NCBI GenBank assembly: GCA_024704765.1
Contig: JAKMXF010000004.1
Location: 62,001 to 126,000, forward strand
DNA length: 64,000 nt
Direction of reading: 5' to 3'
From: Oopsacas minuta
Lineage: Eukaryota > Animalia > Porifera
A program made the position numbers and the translations under genes. Shown here in pieces: positions 12,960-26,102 of this stretch (its first letter is position 1; each line of letters begins with the position of its first letter). A model generated the notes under the pieces. That model did not search any database, was not told the origin of the DNA, and saw nothing but the letters and a program-made list of their open reading frames with translations.

Positions 12960-14320
12960 TGTCTATCATATTCTATATTTTTTAATAGATTTTATTCTAA
13001 TTATCGTATTAACAAATATACATGCTACTGCACCAAAAAAGAAGTGTCGTCAATATTCGTTGGAGTACTTGGGATATGGAATTGTTCCGTCACATCATGA
13101 TTCAAAATTTCCAATGTGCCTCATTTGTTACACAACATTGACTACTGATAGTATGCGTTCCTCTAAGTTGTGAAAGCATTTAGAAACAACACACAAAAAC
13201 AAAATGGATAAGCCACTGATCTACTTCAAAAATTTAAGTGCGAATTTCAATAATAGAAACACTATTGATAATATTTTGGCAAGGAATACAGTCAAAACAG
13301 AAGCAAGACTACTTGTTTCTTATCCCATTTCACAGTTTTATGCAAAGGCAGGCAAGGCGCATAACATTAGTTAATCATTGATCATTCCTGCAGTGTCAGA
13401 TGTTATCTCTACTGTTATGAAACAGAACGCAACAGAGATAACTAAGTGTATTCCTCTCAGCAACTCAACCGTGTCAAGGCACATTAATGAAATGACAAGA
13501 GATGTGGAAATGCAATTGGTAGCAATGTTGAAAGTGATGGAGTTTGCATTACAAATTGATGAATCAACCCTGCAAAACAATTACGCCTTATAGTTAACCT
13601 ATGTCAGATTTATTGATGGAGGTCAACGAAAAGAGGAGATGCTGTTTGCAAGAAACTTGATACAGACACAAAGGGTGAATCCATTTTTCATGTGGTTAAA
13701 CGTATTTTATGAAAAGAATAGTCCTCTTTCGAGTATAACTGCATGTGCTACTGATGGTGCAGCTTCCATGGTAGGTCGCTATTGTGGCTTTATGGCTTAT
13801 TTGAAATTTGAAGTCCCTTCTATATTTTGCATTCATTGTGTCGTCCACCGACAACACTTGGTGTCAGAATAGTTGGGGGGCCGCCTAGACAATTCGATTA
13901 ACATCCTTATCAAGGCTATCAATTTCATTAGATAAATGGCCTCCAAACGCGCCTTTTCCGTCAACTTTGTAATGAAAATGACGAGGAAATCGAACGCCTT
14001 CTCTTACATACAGAAGTTCGTTGGCTGTCAAAGGGCAATTGCCTTCGTCGCTTGGCTGAATTTCGGGATAGTATTCAAGAGTTTCTCACTGGCAAATACT
14101 TGGGTCAGGCAGTTACACCCACGAGAAATGATCGTTTGTATCTGGCAGAGATCTATGGAAAGCTGAACTCAATGAACCAAGAGCTATAGACGAGTGTGAA
14201 GTTAGCTGAATATTCGACCAGCAGTACTTCAACAATTAATTTGACCAACTTCCCATAGTCAGAATGTAAATATTCTTAGGCCATTCGAAAGAAGAGACAC
14301 AGATGTTTCTGAAAATGATN

Positions 14321-14591
14321 CCCAGCGACTACTGGCTGATTGGAGAGATGAAGAGACTTCTTTGAGGGAAGAGATTTGAGGATTTCAAACGGCTGGAGTA
14401 TGAAATATAACAGTGGGAAAAAGGGACCCCTAAGAATTCTATACCCCTGGGCTCGAAAAGTTACCAGAACAATGGAAACGATGTATAAAGGTAAAGGGGG
14501 AATTTATCGAAACATTTGACAATAAATTATGATAAGTATAGGTTTACTATATGAATTATGAAAAGTCTCATTATTTATTAAACAACCCTTG
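14321..14591 (+). mobile_element. 3' end of a mariner A family copy including its TIR
   Basis: Near-identical reverse complement of 4527-4798; ends TTATTAAACAACCCTTG followed by TA; starts at the single N at 14320. Confidence 0.9.
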
Positions 14592-14639
14592 TACCATCAT
14601 TTCACCAGATCCGAGTGAACCAATACGTACTTTACAAAT

Positions 14640-15060
14640 CAAACCTTCTGTACTGTTACGCGTCTTTAACTTTAACCAAACAATTGAGACAGACTAATTG
14701 AATTCGCTTTGCAAAGAGACCTATGAATCAATGCTCATCGATTTTTCAAGGGAAAGGTTTACTCTTTCACTTCACAGACTACTAGCTCATTCTCCAGAAT
14801 TAATTAGAGATTGTTGTAATGGTTTCGGACTGAAAGACTTTTCTGAGAAAGCAGTCGAGGTATGCAATATGTTGATTATAAAATACTCTCAACATCTTGC
14901 CAGAAAGATGCCATTAACATCAAACGCAAAGGATGCGTTGTCCGCCTCCTTAGTCAAAGTGACCTTGTTCAAGCGAATTATCGACAGTAAACAAAATGTA
15001 GAATATGTAGAGAAATTGGGGATACTTGTCGCTTGAGATGTAGCCTGCGGCAGCAGTACC
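14640..15060 (+). pseudogene. Transib/RAG1-like transposase C-terminal fragment
   Basis: LLRVFNFNQTIETD*LNSLCKETYES...SLHRLLAHSPELIRDCCNGFGLKDFSEKAVEVCNMLIIKYSQHLARK. The HxxxxH zinc ligands, SE..E..N catalytic helix and following S(R)LLSQSD match Transib/RAG1 C-termini. Confidence 0.7.
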
Positions 15061-15899
15061 CCAAGAACAAGATGCGCTATTCTAGTCGTTAGTTATTGAT
15101 ATTGAATTCTAATTAGTTTTATTTGATAGAAGCTAAAATATAAACAAGCTCGAATATCTATCAATAAGAGTTACAGGGCGGTAATTAAATATAATAGCTA
15201 AATTGATGGGTTGGGCTTATTGGAGAATAAACCAATTCCCAAATTTTACATTATAATATACTTTTGCCAAATTTTAGAAGAACTGAAAATATATATATTG
15301 CGAAACCCTACATACATTTTGGTAGTTGCAATCAACTCGCGAGCACCAATTTCTTATAAATCAATGGTATATCTCAAATAGCTAAGTAGTAAATTAATAC
15401 CTATTTCCGCTAAATTCCCAATTAAGCTACTGTGGATAATTCATTCATGAAGTATGCGTTATGTTCTTCATTTTTTATTCCAAAGTGATTAGTCGTATAC
15501 TACTTAGACTATATAATAAACTGGATCCACCGTATACTATTGTGTAATATGATGATTGAATGTTTTGATAGTACCTAATGGTATCAAGTATGCAATGATC
15601 AAAAATTGTCGTCTCAGCATAAGTTTTGGAGAAATTTTGAATTTTGGGAGTTTTATCAGTGGTTAGTTTAACAAATTTTATAATTAATACATCGATATTG
15701 ACTGTTTATAGCCACAAAATTACAAAATATAAACTTCAAGTGAATATGACAACATATTTATGTAGTATCTACACATTTATATTTCCCTAAATCTCATATT
15801 CAAACGTTTTTATATCTTTCAACTGAGTTTGGTTTGAATAATACTGTTACAATTCTTATTATTTTGTATAATTTAGTTTTTGAAGTATGTTAGAATAAC

Positions 15900-16090
15900 A
15901 TCCTGGATAATGATATTCGCTATCAGCAGGAAATATCCCTCGTTTGAGTGGTCACCTGAATGTGTTTTGGGTTGATTTTTCCCTAGCCATGCAGAAATTT
16001 CTTAGGAATGTACTAACATTCCATTCTCAAAAGTGTACTAACCCTATCGAGTGACCCCTTGCTCGACGCTGCAAGTCTAGCTAAGCCTAA
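15900..16090 (+). repeat. Unclassified repeat family 2, copy 1
   Basis: Aligns by eye with 17960-18190 (reverse complement; shared ATCGAGTGACCCCTT and AGTGGTCAC) and with 47620-47790 (shared TTTCCCTAGC and TAACATTC.ATTCTCAAAA). Confidence 0.6.
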
Positions 16091-16264
16091 TTATATACAT
16101 ATCTACTATCGATGGTATATTTTAACACGATTGTACTAGATCGTCCTCCGTCTTCCGAATTTTCAAATTTATCCAAATTTCTTTTACAGAAACATTTTGT
16201 AATCAACTGTATTTAGACAATTTATATGTAATGCATAGGATATTTTTATGATGTAGATCAAGTA

Positions 16265-17607
16265 CAGGGTGTAACAAAAGTATTGTCGTTTTATATAATG
16301 AATCAAACGTAAGCAAAATACAACAATTATTACATTATTACTTCCCAATATAGTCTCCTTGTCTTTCTAATACGAGTGCTACTCGCCTGGGCATACTGGA
16401 GACCATATTTTGAAAACATCTCCTGAAATACCACTCCGTGCCTTTTCCAAATTTTTGACGAGGTTATTCACCGTGCTTGCTTGCTCAAACTCTTCCACTT
16501 TGTCTTTCAGTATTGACCATAAGTTTTCAATGGGGTTGTGGTCAGGGAGTTCCCAAGCCACTCCGCTTTCTGCCAAAACGCTGTAAGATTCTATTTGCAC
16601 CATTCTTGCGTTAGTTTGGCCGTAAGAGCGGGAGCCCCGTCTGGCATAAAAATAATCTCGGACATCTTTGAAGTCATGGCCCGCTGTAAAACCGATCCAT
16701 TTTTTGCTCTTATATTGATCGCATCTTTGCAAGATCGAACCAAAGTCTTCGTACGGTACATGAGAGGTAATTATCAAACGGGGACTCCATATTGTACGTC
16801 GAGTCTATCCCGAACCACTCTGTAGTTACGGGGTTTGCACTTGAAAGCGGCCTTTTTCTATATTTGTGCAGGGTTCGATTGAACCAGAATCCTTGCCCCA
16901 AACTCGGTCATTCTGTCTGTTTGGGGTTGGAAACAATTCGAATGGAGATTCATCCCACGACAGAACTCTGTTCCAATCTTCTACAGTCCAATCCTTGTGT
17001 TTCTGCGTAAATTCGATCCGATTTTTCTTCATTTTCAAGGTAAATCGAGGCCTTTTCGGCCTTTTAAATGGCGTAGTACCTAGAGACTTTCTTAAATATC
17101 GATGTACAGAGGTGTAAGAGACATCACAACCCCTTCTCGTTAATATCAGAGCTAGCTTTCGCATAGATTGTCATCTCTTCCCCAAAGACTTGGCGATGAC
17201 AATTTTCGCAACTCTATCAATTTTCGGCGGATATCCAGACTTAGGCTTTGATTCCATTGAAAATCCAATTTATCGCTATGCCCCCATCTCTGAACTGATC
17301 GAATATTGACATTCAACACTTGAGCAACCTTTTTAGGCGTTTCTCCTGCTTTAAGCATCCTCAATTCCCGAGATCTTAAAGATAATCCGTAATCCTGGAC
17401 ATTCATATCACAACAATTAAGTAGAAGTTTCCAAAATGTCGAAAATAATTCCAAAATATATTTATGTTAGATTTGACTTCACTTGAGTTTAACTAGGTAG
17501 TATGAAAATATATTTGCTGAGAGAAATCAATAGCGAGGGTTGTATACGAATGTGGAGTTTGAATTTAATGTATATTAAAATGACCACAATACTTTTGTTA
17601 CACCCTC
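16265..17607 (-). mobile_element. Tc1-family element, degenerate
   Basis: TIRs CAGGGTGTAACAAAAGTATTGT / ACAATACTTTTGTTACACCCTC with TA flanks. Motifs RVLSWDESPFELF, PNRQNDRVWG, MPDGAPA and PDHNPIENLWS. Confidence 0.92.
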
Positions 17608-17959
17608 TATATGTCCAGTTTATTTTTGTTGATTTGATCAGAAACTGTTCTATTTGAATTGCCTGTAATTGTACCTCATATACACTGGGAGAATTAGATA
17701 TCGTGGGAAATAGTATATAATCCAAATTCTATCAACTGGGTATTCATTTTGGTAGAGAACATTGGCAATAGTTTGGCGCTAGGTCTTGTTATAGAATTTG
17801 GAAGTTACTACTCAAGATATATCTCCCATTTTATACGAGGCGTAGTTACAGAATATTCAAATAGCTTTCTTATCAACTCAACATAAATAACTTAGACAGA
17901 TATCTTGAACTAAATCTTAGATATATCTTATACTCGTATCTAGGGTCGGTATGTGTGAA

Positions 17960-18190
17960 AATAGACTCAGTAAGTCTAGGGGCTTAGAAGAAGGGGTCAC
18001 TCGATGGCGTTGGGATTCGGGAAATCTGGTTTTAATGGTGCTCCATTCCTGACACATTCCTGCGTTGCTAGTGAATAATAAGCCAATATGGCCAAGTGAC
18101 CACTATAACGATTACCTTTATTACGAACCATTATTAATCTAGTTACAAATGTCAGCGGGGTTTACTGTTTATCCCCGGGGGTTAAACGAA
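17960..18190 (-). repeat. Unclassified repeat family 2, copy 2 (inverted relative to copy 1)
   Basis: Reverse complement aligns with 15900-16090. Confidence 0.6.
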
Positions 18191-18669
18191 TTTATTCTAA
18201 GGGCCATATTTCAAATCCTTTTCAAGAGAATAGGGCTAATTCTTCCTCAAGTGGTGCCTAGATGAAACTAATTACTAATATTGATCGTTAAATAGGGTTC
18301 AATTTATGCAGTAGATTTTGGGGCTATTGATATTTCAATATGTTCAGACTCAATTACAACCGCCACCAAGGTCAACACACGTCGCCTTCAAAATAGGCCC
18401 TACTCAGAATATAGTCATTATCATTCACAGCATCATATAAGAAATTTGATTCTTGTACCATAAGATGCAAAATACCATCTATATCTTAAGATAATCTACC
18501 TCAATCAAATAAACCCAAAAACCACTTTTGGGAGATTCTAAGAGTTTGACAATTACTTATTCCCATAGCATAAATTCAAATATTTACTAAGAATTGCTCC
18601 ATCTTTTTTTACAATAAAATATGAATAATATATTTTTCTATGATGAATCTATAATCTTATAGCGCAATT

Positions 18670-19170
18670 AATCTGTATATGTGTGGATATATATTTATGT
18701 GATTGTATGCCCAGAAGTGATTGAAGAAACTGAGAGACCCCTGGCTGAATTTAGGCATACAGGGGTATTTTTCGGGCTGGCTCAGACAAGTTAGAGTCTT
18801 GGACGAAAATTCGCACTTATCACGAAATTATGATATCATTACCACCTTTAGGATTTTCCAAAATCACAATATTTAACACTGCCCTGCTAATATACATGAT
18901 AGTAGGTTGAAAAGTGAATCACCGGAACCCCTAGATGTGGCTAATGTCCCGACACATGATTCTGACTAAAAGCTAACTCATCATGAAATTATTACGTCAT
19001 CATGACTATACAAAACCTTTCTTTGTCTCCACATTTCGAAATTGATTCTCGTGGCAAGAAGTAGCGACACTGCTGACCAGAAGCGAAATAGCAACTCTAG
19101 TTCCGCTCCAGAAGGCCATTGGGTTTACTTTAGAAGGACATGGATTAGAAAATCTGAAAATTTTAATCAT
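18670..19170 (+). repeat. Unclassified non-coding repeat family 1, copy A
   Basis: Aligns with the reverse complement of 37470-38090 (e.g. ACGAAATTATGAT, AAAATCACAAT, AATATACATGATAG, CATGATTCTGAC, AACTCATC). Confidence 0.75.
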
Positions 19171-20029
19171 TCTGTGAATTCGAAGCCCGTAGTGCCGAGT
19201 GTATTCTTTTTGCGTTGCGACCAATAACACTAAATTTAGCTTTTTATAATACATACTTATGCCAACCTGGAACATTAATCAATTACGAGGCGACTTAGTG
19301 AGCGAAGGACGTAATATATTGAAAAACCAAATGTTATACAACTATCTCTGTTCATCATATATATTTATTTCATCTATAATTCTATATATTGTTAGCACGT
19401 TTCTAAGTTACAATTGATACAATGGAAGACGCATGTTTTGTCACTTAAAGCGTAATCTGATAATTGTTGAAATTATGGCCAAATCAGGATTGTCAGGTTC
19501 AGTATACCCCATCTGTCCATATACTTATACAAATTTCATATGATAATTATTACAAATATGACGCAATCATGTATATGAGCTTCTTTGATCATTGCCATCA
19601 TTAAGCAATATTTTAGAGATATAATGTTCAAATATATTACAAGGGTATGGGGTTTGGCGTATAGAATAATATGAAAACCTGATTTAACTATAATTCAATG
19701 AATATCGAGGTATAAGGTAATATTGGTGGTATATGTGCCATTCCTGATCTCAACTGTTACATAGAAACTTGCCAAATTTATCATGACAATTCCTGAGAAA
19801 TTTTCTCACCAAGCAGTTTTAGATCATTAGGTATTTCAACATAATTTATCCTAGATTCAAAAATATTGTCTCAAAGATCCGTGTCCTATTGTACATATTT
19901 GCCAATTAACTAACAAATGACGCCATTTCGATGTAAAATTAAATATATCTTCACACTTATTTGTATCCATTCCAATATTAGCGCTAAGATTTTGTTATAT
20001 ATAATCGGAGGATGTTTATCGTGTATTTA

Positions 20030-20500
20030 CAGGGTGGCAAATAAGTTCTGTCCCATTGAAAATGTATTATAACTAAACCATGAACCAAGATATTGACTTG
20101 AAATTATGCTATAACTTAGTAAACTAAATATAGATTCATAATGTATTCAATTGTTGGATATAGCCCTCTTTCTTTATGATGTAAGCTCTTAGCCGCTTTG
20201 GGACGGACTCGACAGTGGAACGCAACTTTTTTTGAGGGATTTTTTCCCATTCTCGGGATAAAGACGTTTTTAGAGACTTAATACTCTCGTAGGAAGTAGG
20301 GCACTCATTTGTCTCAAATATCGACCACAACGAGAAGTCCATCGGGTTGAGATCTGGGCTGGAAGGAGGCCATTCCTCCTTGGAGATGAAGTCTGGGGTA
20401 TTGTTTGGTAACCACTGTTGGTTGACTTTCGCTGTGTGGGATGGCGACCGTCTTGCTGGAATAAAAATGGACGATTACACTGTCCGACAAATTTTTAGCA
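20030..20500 (-). mobile_element. maT (DD37D-type) element 3' fragment
   Basis: TA plus TIR CAGGGTGGCAAATAAGTTCTG at 20030; WPPSSPDLNPMDFSLWSIFETN...GGY-type C-terminus. Same family as 48319-49622. Confidence 0.85.
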
Positions 20501-20736
20501 TTTTTTGCTTCTGGAATACACTGTAGTGTTTCTCATGTATTCAAGCACCCTGATTCCAAAGATCCAATCAGTTTTTCTCTATCAGGCAACGATTTTGAAA
20601 AATTCAATATTTTGGTTTTATCATTGTCCCAGTGTATTCCTATAAATATATCTCTTTAGTTTGGCTAATCAAATGCATACTTATGATGTAATTACAATGG
20701 AAATTGTCAATTGGTTTAGCATTTATTATACTAATT

Positions 20737-21546
20737 NNNNNNNNNNNNNNNNNNNNNNNNNNNNNNNNNNNNNNNNNNNNNNNNNNNNNNNNNNNNNNNN
20801 NNNNNNNNNNNNNNNNNNNNNNNNNNNNNNNNNNNNNNNNNNNNNNNNNNNNNNNNNNNNNNNNNNNNNNNNNNNNNNNNNNNNNNNNNNNNNNNNNNNN
20901 NNNNNNNNNNNNNNNNNNNNNNNNNNNNNNNNNNNNNNNNNNNNNNNNNNNNNNNNNNNNNNNNNNNNNNNNNNNNNNNNNNNNNNNNNNNNNNNNNNNN
21001 NNNNNNNNNNNNNNNNNNNNNNNNNNNNNNNNNNNNNNNNNNNNNNNNNNNNNNNNNNNNNNNNNNNNNNNNNNNNNNNNNNNNNNNNNNNNNNNNNNNN
21101 NNNNNNNNNNNNNNNNNNNNNNNNNNNNNNNNNNNNNNNNNNNNNNNNNNNNNNNNNNNNNNNNNNNNNNNNNNNNNNNNNNNNNNNNNNNNNNNNNNNN
21201 NNNNNNNNNNNNNNNNNNNNNNNNNNNNNNNNNNNNNNNNNNNNNNNNNNNNNNNNNNNNNNNNNNNNNNNNNNNNNNNNNNNNNNNNNNNNNNNNNNNN
21301 NNNNNNNNNNNNNNNNNNNNNNNNNNNNNNNNNNNNNNNNNNNNNNNNNNNNNNNNNNNNNNNNNNNNNNNNNNNNNNNNNNNNNNNNNNNNNNNNNNNN
21401 NNNNNNNNNNNNNNNNNNNNNNNNNNNNNNNNNNNNNNNNNNNNNNNNNNNNNNNNNNNNNNNNNNNNNNNNNNNNNNNNNNNNNNNNNNNNNNNNNNNN
21501 NNNNNNNNNNNNNNNNNNNNNNNNNNNNNNNNNNNNNNNNNNNNNN
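20737..21546. other. Assembly gap (810 N)
   Basis: Run of N. Confidence 1.
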
Positions 21547-23837
21547 CTTTACCACAGGGGGCACTGTGGGGGGCGCTGACAAGATAATGAGCCGTTGGAT
21601 GAAGATTTATTCTAACATCTGTAAATTTTGCGAAATACTGTTGTATCATTAATATGTTGTGCACTTTACCCATAATGACAATTTTAACACGTTGTCCACA
21701 AGAAGAGCTAAGTATTCACCATTTACAATCAATCAATGCTTTCAATGGTATTGTTTCTTTGTTTTGAATTAACAGATCAGACGGCTTCTTAATAAAGAAG
21801 TTATAAAAAGTAATCAGACCATGTTATTTCATTAATTACCTCAATAGTAGACACGATTTTTCTTGCATATCCAATCATGGCTGAAAGCCCCTAAGAAAAA
21901 ATACCGTCAATACTCCGTAGATTATCTGAAATTTTGGTTTCATCGCTTCAGCTATTAATCAACAATCACCCTTTTGTTCACTCTGCAATCAAGTGTTCTC
22001 TAATGAGGGCATTAAACCTTCACGTACGTGCGGCCATTTGACGAAGAAACACCCTGATAAGAAAGACAAGGCTCTCAAATATTTCCAGACTTTAAGCAAG
22101 CAGTTTGCAATAGTAGTTCCATAGATGGAATGATTAACAAAATTACTACTAAAAATCACGATGGTCTTGTTGCTTCTTACAATATATCTCTTTTAACCGC
22201 CAAATGTGGAAAGCCTCATACAATAGGTGAATAGCTCATCCTTCTAGCTATAAGAGAGGTTATATCTACTGTCATGCATCAAGATGCGTCTAGTGTAGTT
22301 AGATCAATTCCCTTAAGTAATAACTCAGTTTCGAGGAGGATCGAAGAATTGGTTATAGATGTTGAACAACAGTTGTGTGAAGTTTACGAACAACGGAATT
22401 CGCTTTGCAGCTTGATGAGTCAACCTTAAGTGACAATGAAGCCTTACTTATGGCATATGTAAGATATATTCACAATGGCGTATCAAAAGATGAAATGCTC
22501 TTCTCCAAGCCACTAGAAACAGATAGTAAAGGTGAGACAATATTTATGGTGGTAAAGCAATTTTGCAAGAGAAGAACATACCAATGGGAAATATCATTGC
22601 GTGTGCTACTGATGGAGCACCTTCAATAATTGGACGTCATCGTGGTTTCATAGCTCATCTGAAACGAGTTGTGCCGAAGGTTTTCTCTATTCATTGTGTC
22701 AAACATCATCAACATTTGATCGCCAAGCACCTAGCCCCTAATCTTCACAAGTCTTTGCAAATCGTGATTACTGTACGAACAAAATCAAAAAGAACTCACT
22801 GAATGATTGCATCTTTCAGCAACTTTGTGAAATCAATGATGAAGATTACAAACGCCTCCTTCTCCATACTGAAGTTAGGTGGCTTTCTAAAGGTAATTGT
22901 TTGAAACGATTCCATCAACTGTTTGATTCTATAGTCAAGTTCTTAGAAGAATACGATTCAATTCTGGCAAAAAGGTTAAAATGATAAGGACTGATGTGGC
23001 TTACTTAGCTGACATATTCGAGAAACTGAATATAGTGAATAAGCTACTACAAGGGAATAATACTACTCTCATTCAAGCGAAGGGCGTTGTTCTATCATTC
23101 TTAAGTAAATTAATCTTGTTCCGACAGAATATTGCGCGTCGTGAATTTGGGCAGTTACCTTGTTTAAGTGAACTGGATATGGCAAATAATAACATCATTA
23201 GAGATGACAACATTCATATTTACTGATCACATGTTGATTTCCTTAGCCAAGATTTGTTGATTCGATTCAAGATTTAACCGAGTAGTTATCCCTAATTTTG
23301 TGATAAATCCATTTAGAACAAATATAGAAACTTTGGATCCACAATTTCAAGAAGAATTCGTCGATTTGCAGAATGATATCGAATGCAATGCCATATTCAC
23401 CCAATGTGGATGTAGTGAATTTTTAATAAAGAATGAAGTCTCTGAACGCTATCCCCATATTTTTCAAATTGTAAAATTAATGTTTGTTGCATTTCCATCA
23501 TCATATCTTGTCGAAAAGGGATTCAGCACAGTAGTTAATCTGCTCACAAAACAAAGAAATCGACTGGAAATAGCAACAAGAGGTGCCTTGAGACTCTTTC
23601 TGACGCAGTTAGAATCGGATGTAGTCAAACTAGCAAAGAGCCACCAAAGTCAAAGATCACATGTTCCAACATATACTGATACTTAGATTAGTCCCTAGAT
23701 ACTCTATCATTCTATCTTTAATATTTCTTTATAGTCAGTAATTAAAAATTGATTCAATAAAGTATTAAATGGGGAGCGTTCTGTAAATATTAAGTCTATA
23801 AGGGGGGCGTTAACCTGGTAAAGGTTAGGAAACACTC
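21547..23837 (+). mobile_element. hAT Buster/ZBED5-SCAND3-like element, degenerate; 5' TIR lost in the gap
   Basis: Motifs LQLDESTL, CATDGAP, HCVKHHQHL, LLHTEVRWLSKG and FPSSYLVEKGFS...LRLFLT. Right end GGTTAGGAAACACTC followed by ATTTAGTG (nnnTAnnn). Confidence 0.9.
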
Positions 23838-26102
23838 ATTTAGTGTATTTGAAAAAGTACAACGAAGTTATATGCGATGTACTACACATTAATATCTAAA
23901 AGGTACTAGTATATCAACAATTATGTTTTCTCACGCTAATAATTTTGTCAAGAATATATTAATGCTGAAAATTGAATTGCAATAGATTTTCAACACTCTT
24001 CTAGTTCTTCTAATCCAAGAAACATGAATTTCTTAGTATTAAACTGTGTTGTCTTTCAAAATTTAATGGGTCAAGATGAGTCAAGAAATAATCGATGGGT
24101 CATGAGGGCCATGGGTCATTTTGTATGAACTATTTGCAGCTTTGAACCACTGTTCTTCATTTTCATCTTTAACACACTACCTAAGCTGACGAGTAATGAG
24201 CTCACTGTTGCAACATACGAGCAAGAAAGGTATGGTTTCATGCATTCCATTAGTCAGTTATGTTCCTGATAATTTGTAGTATGTTGAAACTTGGAACACT
24301 GTTGCACTCACTCGAGTATTCGTACAAATTGGAGAAACCACTGCTGGTACAGCTGATATCACCACTAGGGCAAGTTGTTATACTTGAATCATAGGCTACC
24401 ATACTCCGTCAAAATCCGATCTTGACTGAATGTGGTAAAGAGAATTGAAGCACAGTAAATTGGGGCTACTTTGTCCCAATTGGTTTGCTTTAGGCCAAAT
24501 ATTGAAATTTCAGAGCAAATCTCAGCAAACTCAAAGTTGTGGAGACACCAGTAATCGCAACATCGACAAACCTGACTGAGTGGACATATCAATTACCATG
24601 ATATTTGAGAACACAACTATATGGAGGCGTACCAGTTCAATTTCTGTCAACTTGGGTGGATTGGAACACCACAAATCTAATTTCAACGAGCTTTGTTCAA
24701 AGGGGTCAACAATGATCCAAATTTATGAGAGATTAACGTACTAGTGAACCAGTGACACCAATTTCTATGAACTGTCTTGGTGGCGAATTCAATATCAACA
24801 AACCAGACATATTGGTGTCACGAGTGCTTTTACCAATTTGGACTAATTTACGAGTATAACAGTATTCCTATTATTTTCATCGTAGCTACAATGGAAGGGG
24901 AGTAATGGGTTAAACAAGAAATCTTTTGAGCAGTATTTATTTGATCATAGGGGTAGATTACATTGGAGGGGAGTTACAGTTTGAATACTGATTTTGAACT
25001 AACTTTCATCTTTAGAAGTATGACGCCAAATGATATTTCGTCGAGGATTTGAAGACAAAATTGTTTGAAAATATTTCCATTACAAATTCCAGAAGAACAT
25101 GTACTACGCGAGGGATGTCAGTAGGCAATGGGTTCTTTGTAGATAGCTTTAGGAATCCACTGTAACTACGAAGCAGCTTTGCCATTTAAGTAAAGTTTAA
25201 GTCCTCTGCGCCCTCGATTTCTCTAACATATTTTCAGAATTCAATCGACTATACAGGTTAAGCAAACTTACCTGGTTGGGGGAAAATATATTTATTTGAA
25301 ATACCTCAGCTGGTACATCACGACTATTTGGAGACTCCCTCTTCTCTTGCTACCTAAAGGTATTGTAAGAATAGTTAAATATGTTTTAAACTTGTGGTTC
25401 CCAGACCTTTAGAAGGATGCCCCCTTTTCAAGATTTAACAAAGTCATCTCCCTTCTCAAAGGACATTCTAAAATTGATTTTGTAATTTGTGAACTGAATA
25501 AATATAATAATAAATTAGTTGTTTCTATGAAGTTAAAGTAGCAAGAATTACCTGTCGTGAAATACACTGAATAGCAAACAAATGAACATGAAAGAGTAGA
25601 GTAACAAGTGTGTATAACCGCAATATCAATAGTATGAGCATTCCTAAGGTAATTGTAATGTATAAATCAATACAATTTAAACTACAGTGAGTAATACAAT
25701 TTTCCCCATACCATTTGGCTTAGGAAGGTAATTTTTCGGAACTTTGTCAATTTTAATCCGATTTTCGAGTTCTTTAGCTCTATCAACTTCTCTCAACGAG
25801 CTCTTGTACGGTGCATATAGGGATTTGATCACATTTAAAGTTGGGGGGTGTAAGATTCTGCAATTGACCTTACTCTTTTTGGATCAACCGAATACCGAAT
25901 ACCGAATACAGATATTCGCTTAGCAACCAAATATTGAGGTATCCGCCCTGTATTATTCGGTTCAACCGAATATTGAACTATTCTGTTGCAAGCTTGGTTT
26001 TGAGTATTTTGAAAATTTCTAGTTACGAAATATCATATTTTATCCAACGTATTTGTTCTATCATTATTGTTTCTCAGACTTTTCATTCTTCTAGATATTT
26101 TT

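Larger units (their letters stand above)
9807..14210 (+). mobile_element. hAT Buster/ZBED5-like element (5' TIR plus degenerate transposase at about 13020-14210) hosting nested insertions; 3' end missing
   Basis: CAGGGGTTCTCAAAGTGGG start preceded by TTATATGT (nnnTAnnn). Transposase pieces: KKKCRQYSLEY...PMCLICY (BED finger), IPLSNSTVSRHI, FALQIDEST, CATDGAASM, HCVVHRQHL. Linking the TIR to the transposase is an inference. Confidence 0.7.

Noticed and set aside
20661-21673. Four long ORFs of about 300 aa
   Set aside because: They are translations of the N gap.
24200-24850. GC-richer stretch that looks like decayed coding sequence
   Set aside because: Multiple stops in all frames examined and no motif I can recognise; needs a translated search.
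25888-25975. ACCGAAT x3 with inverted TATTCGGT upstream of Tra2 as a regulatory site
   Set aside because: More likely a short repeat remnant; nothing in the sequence supports promoter function.
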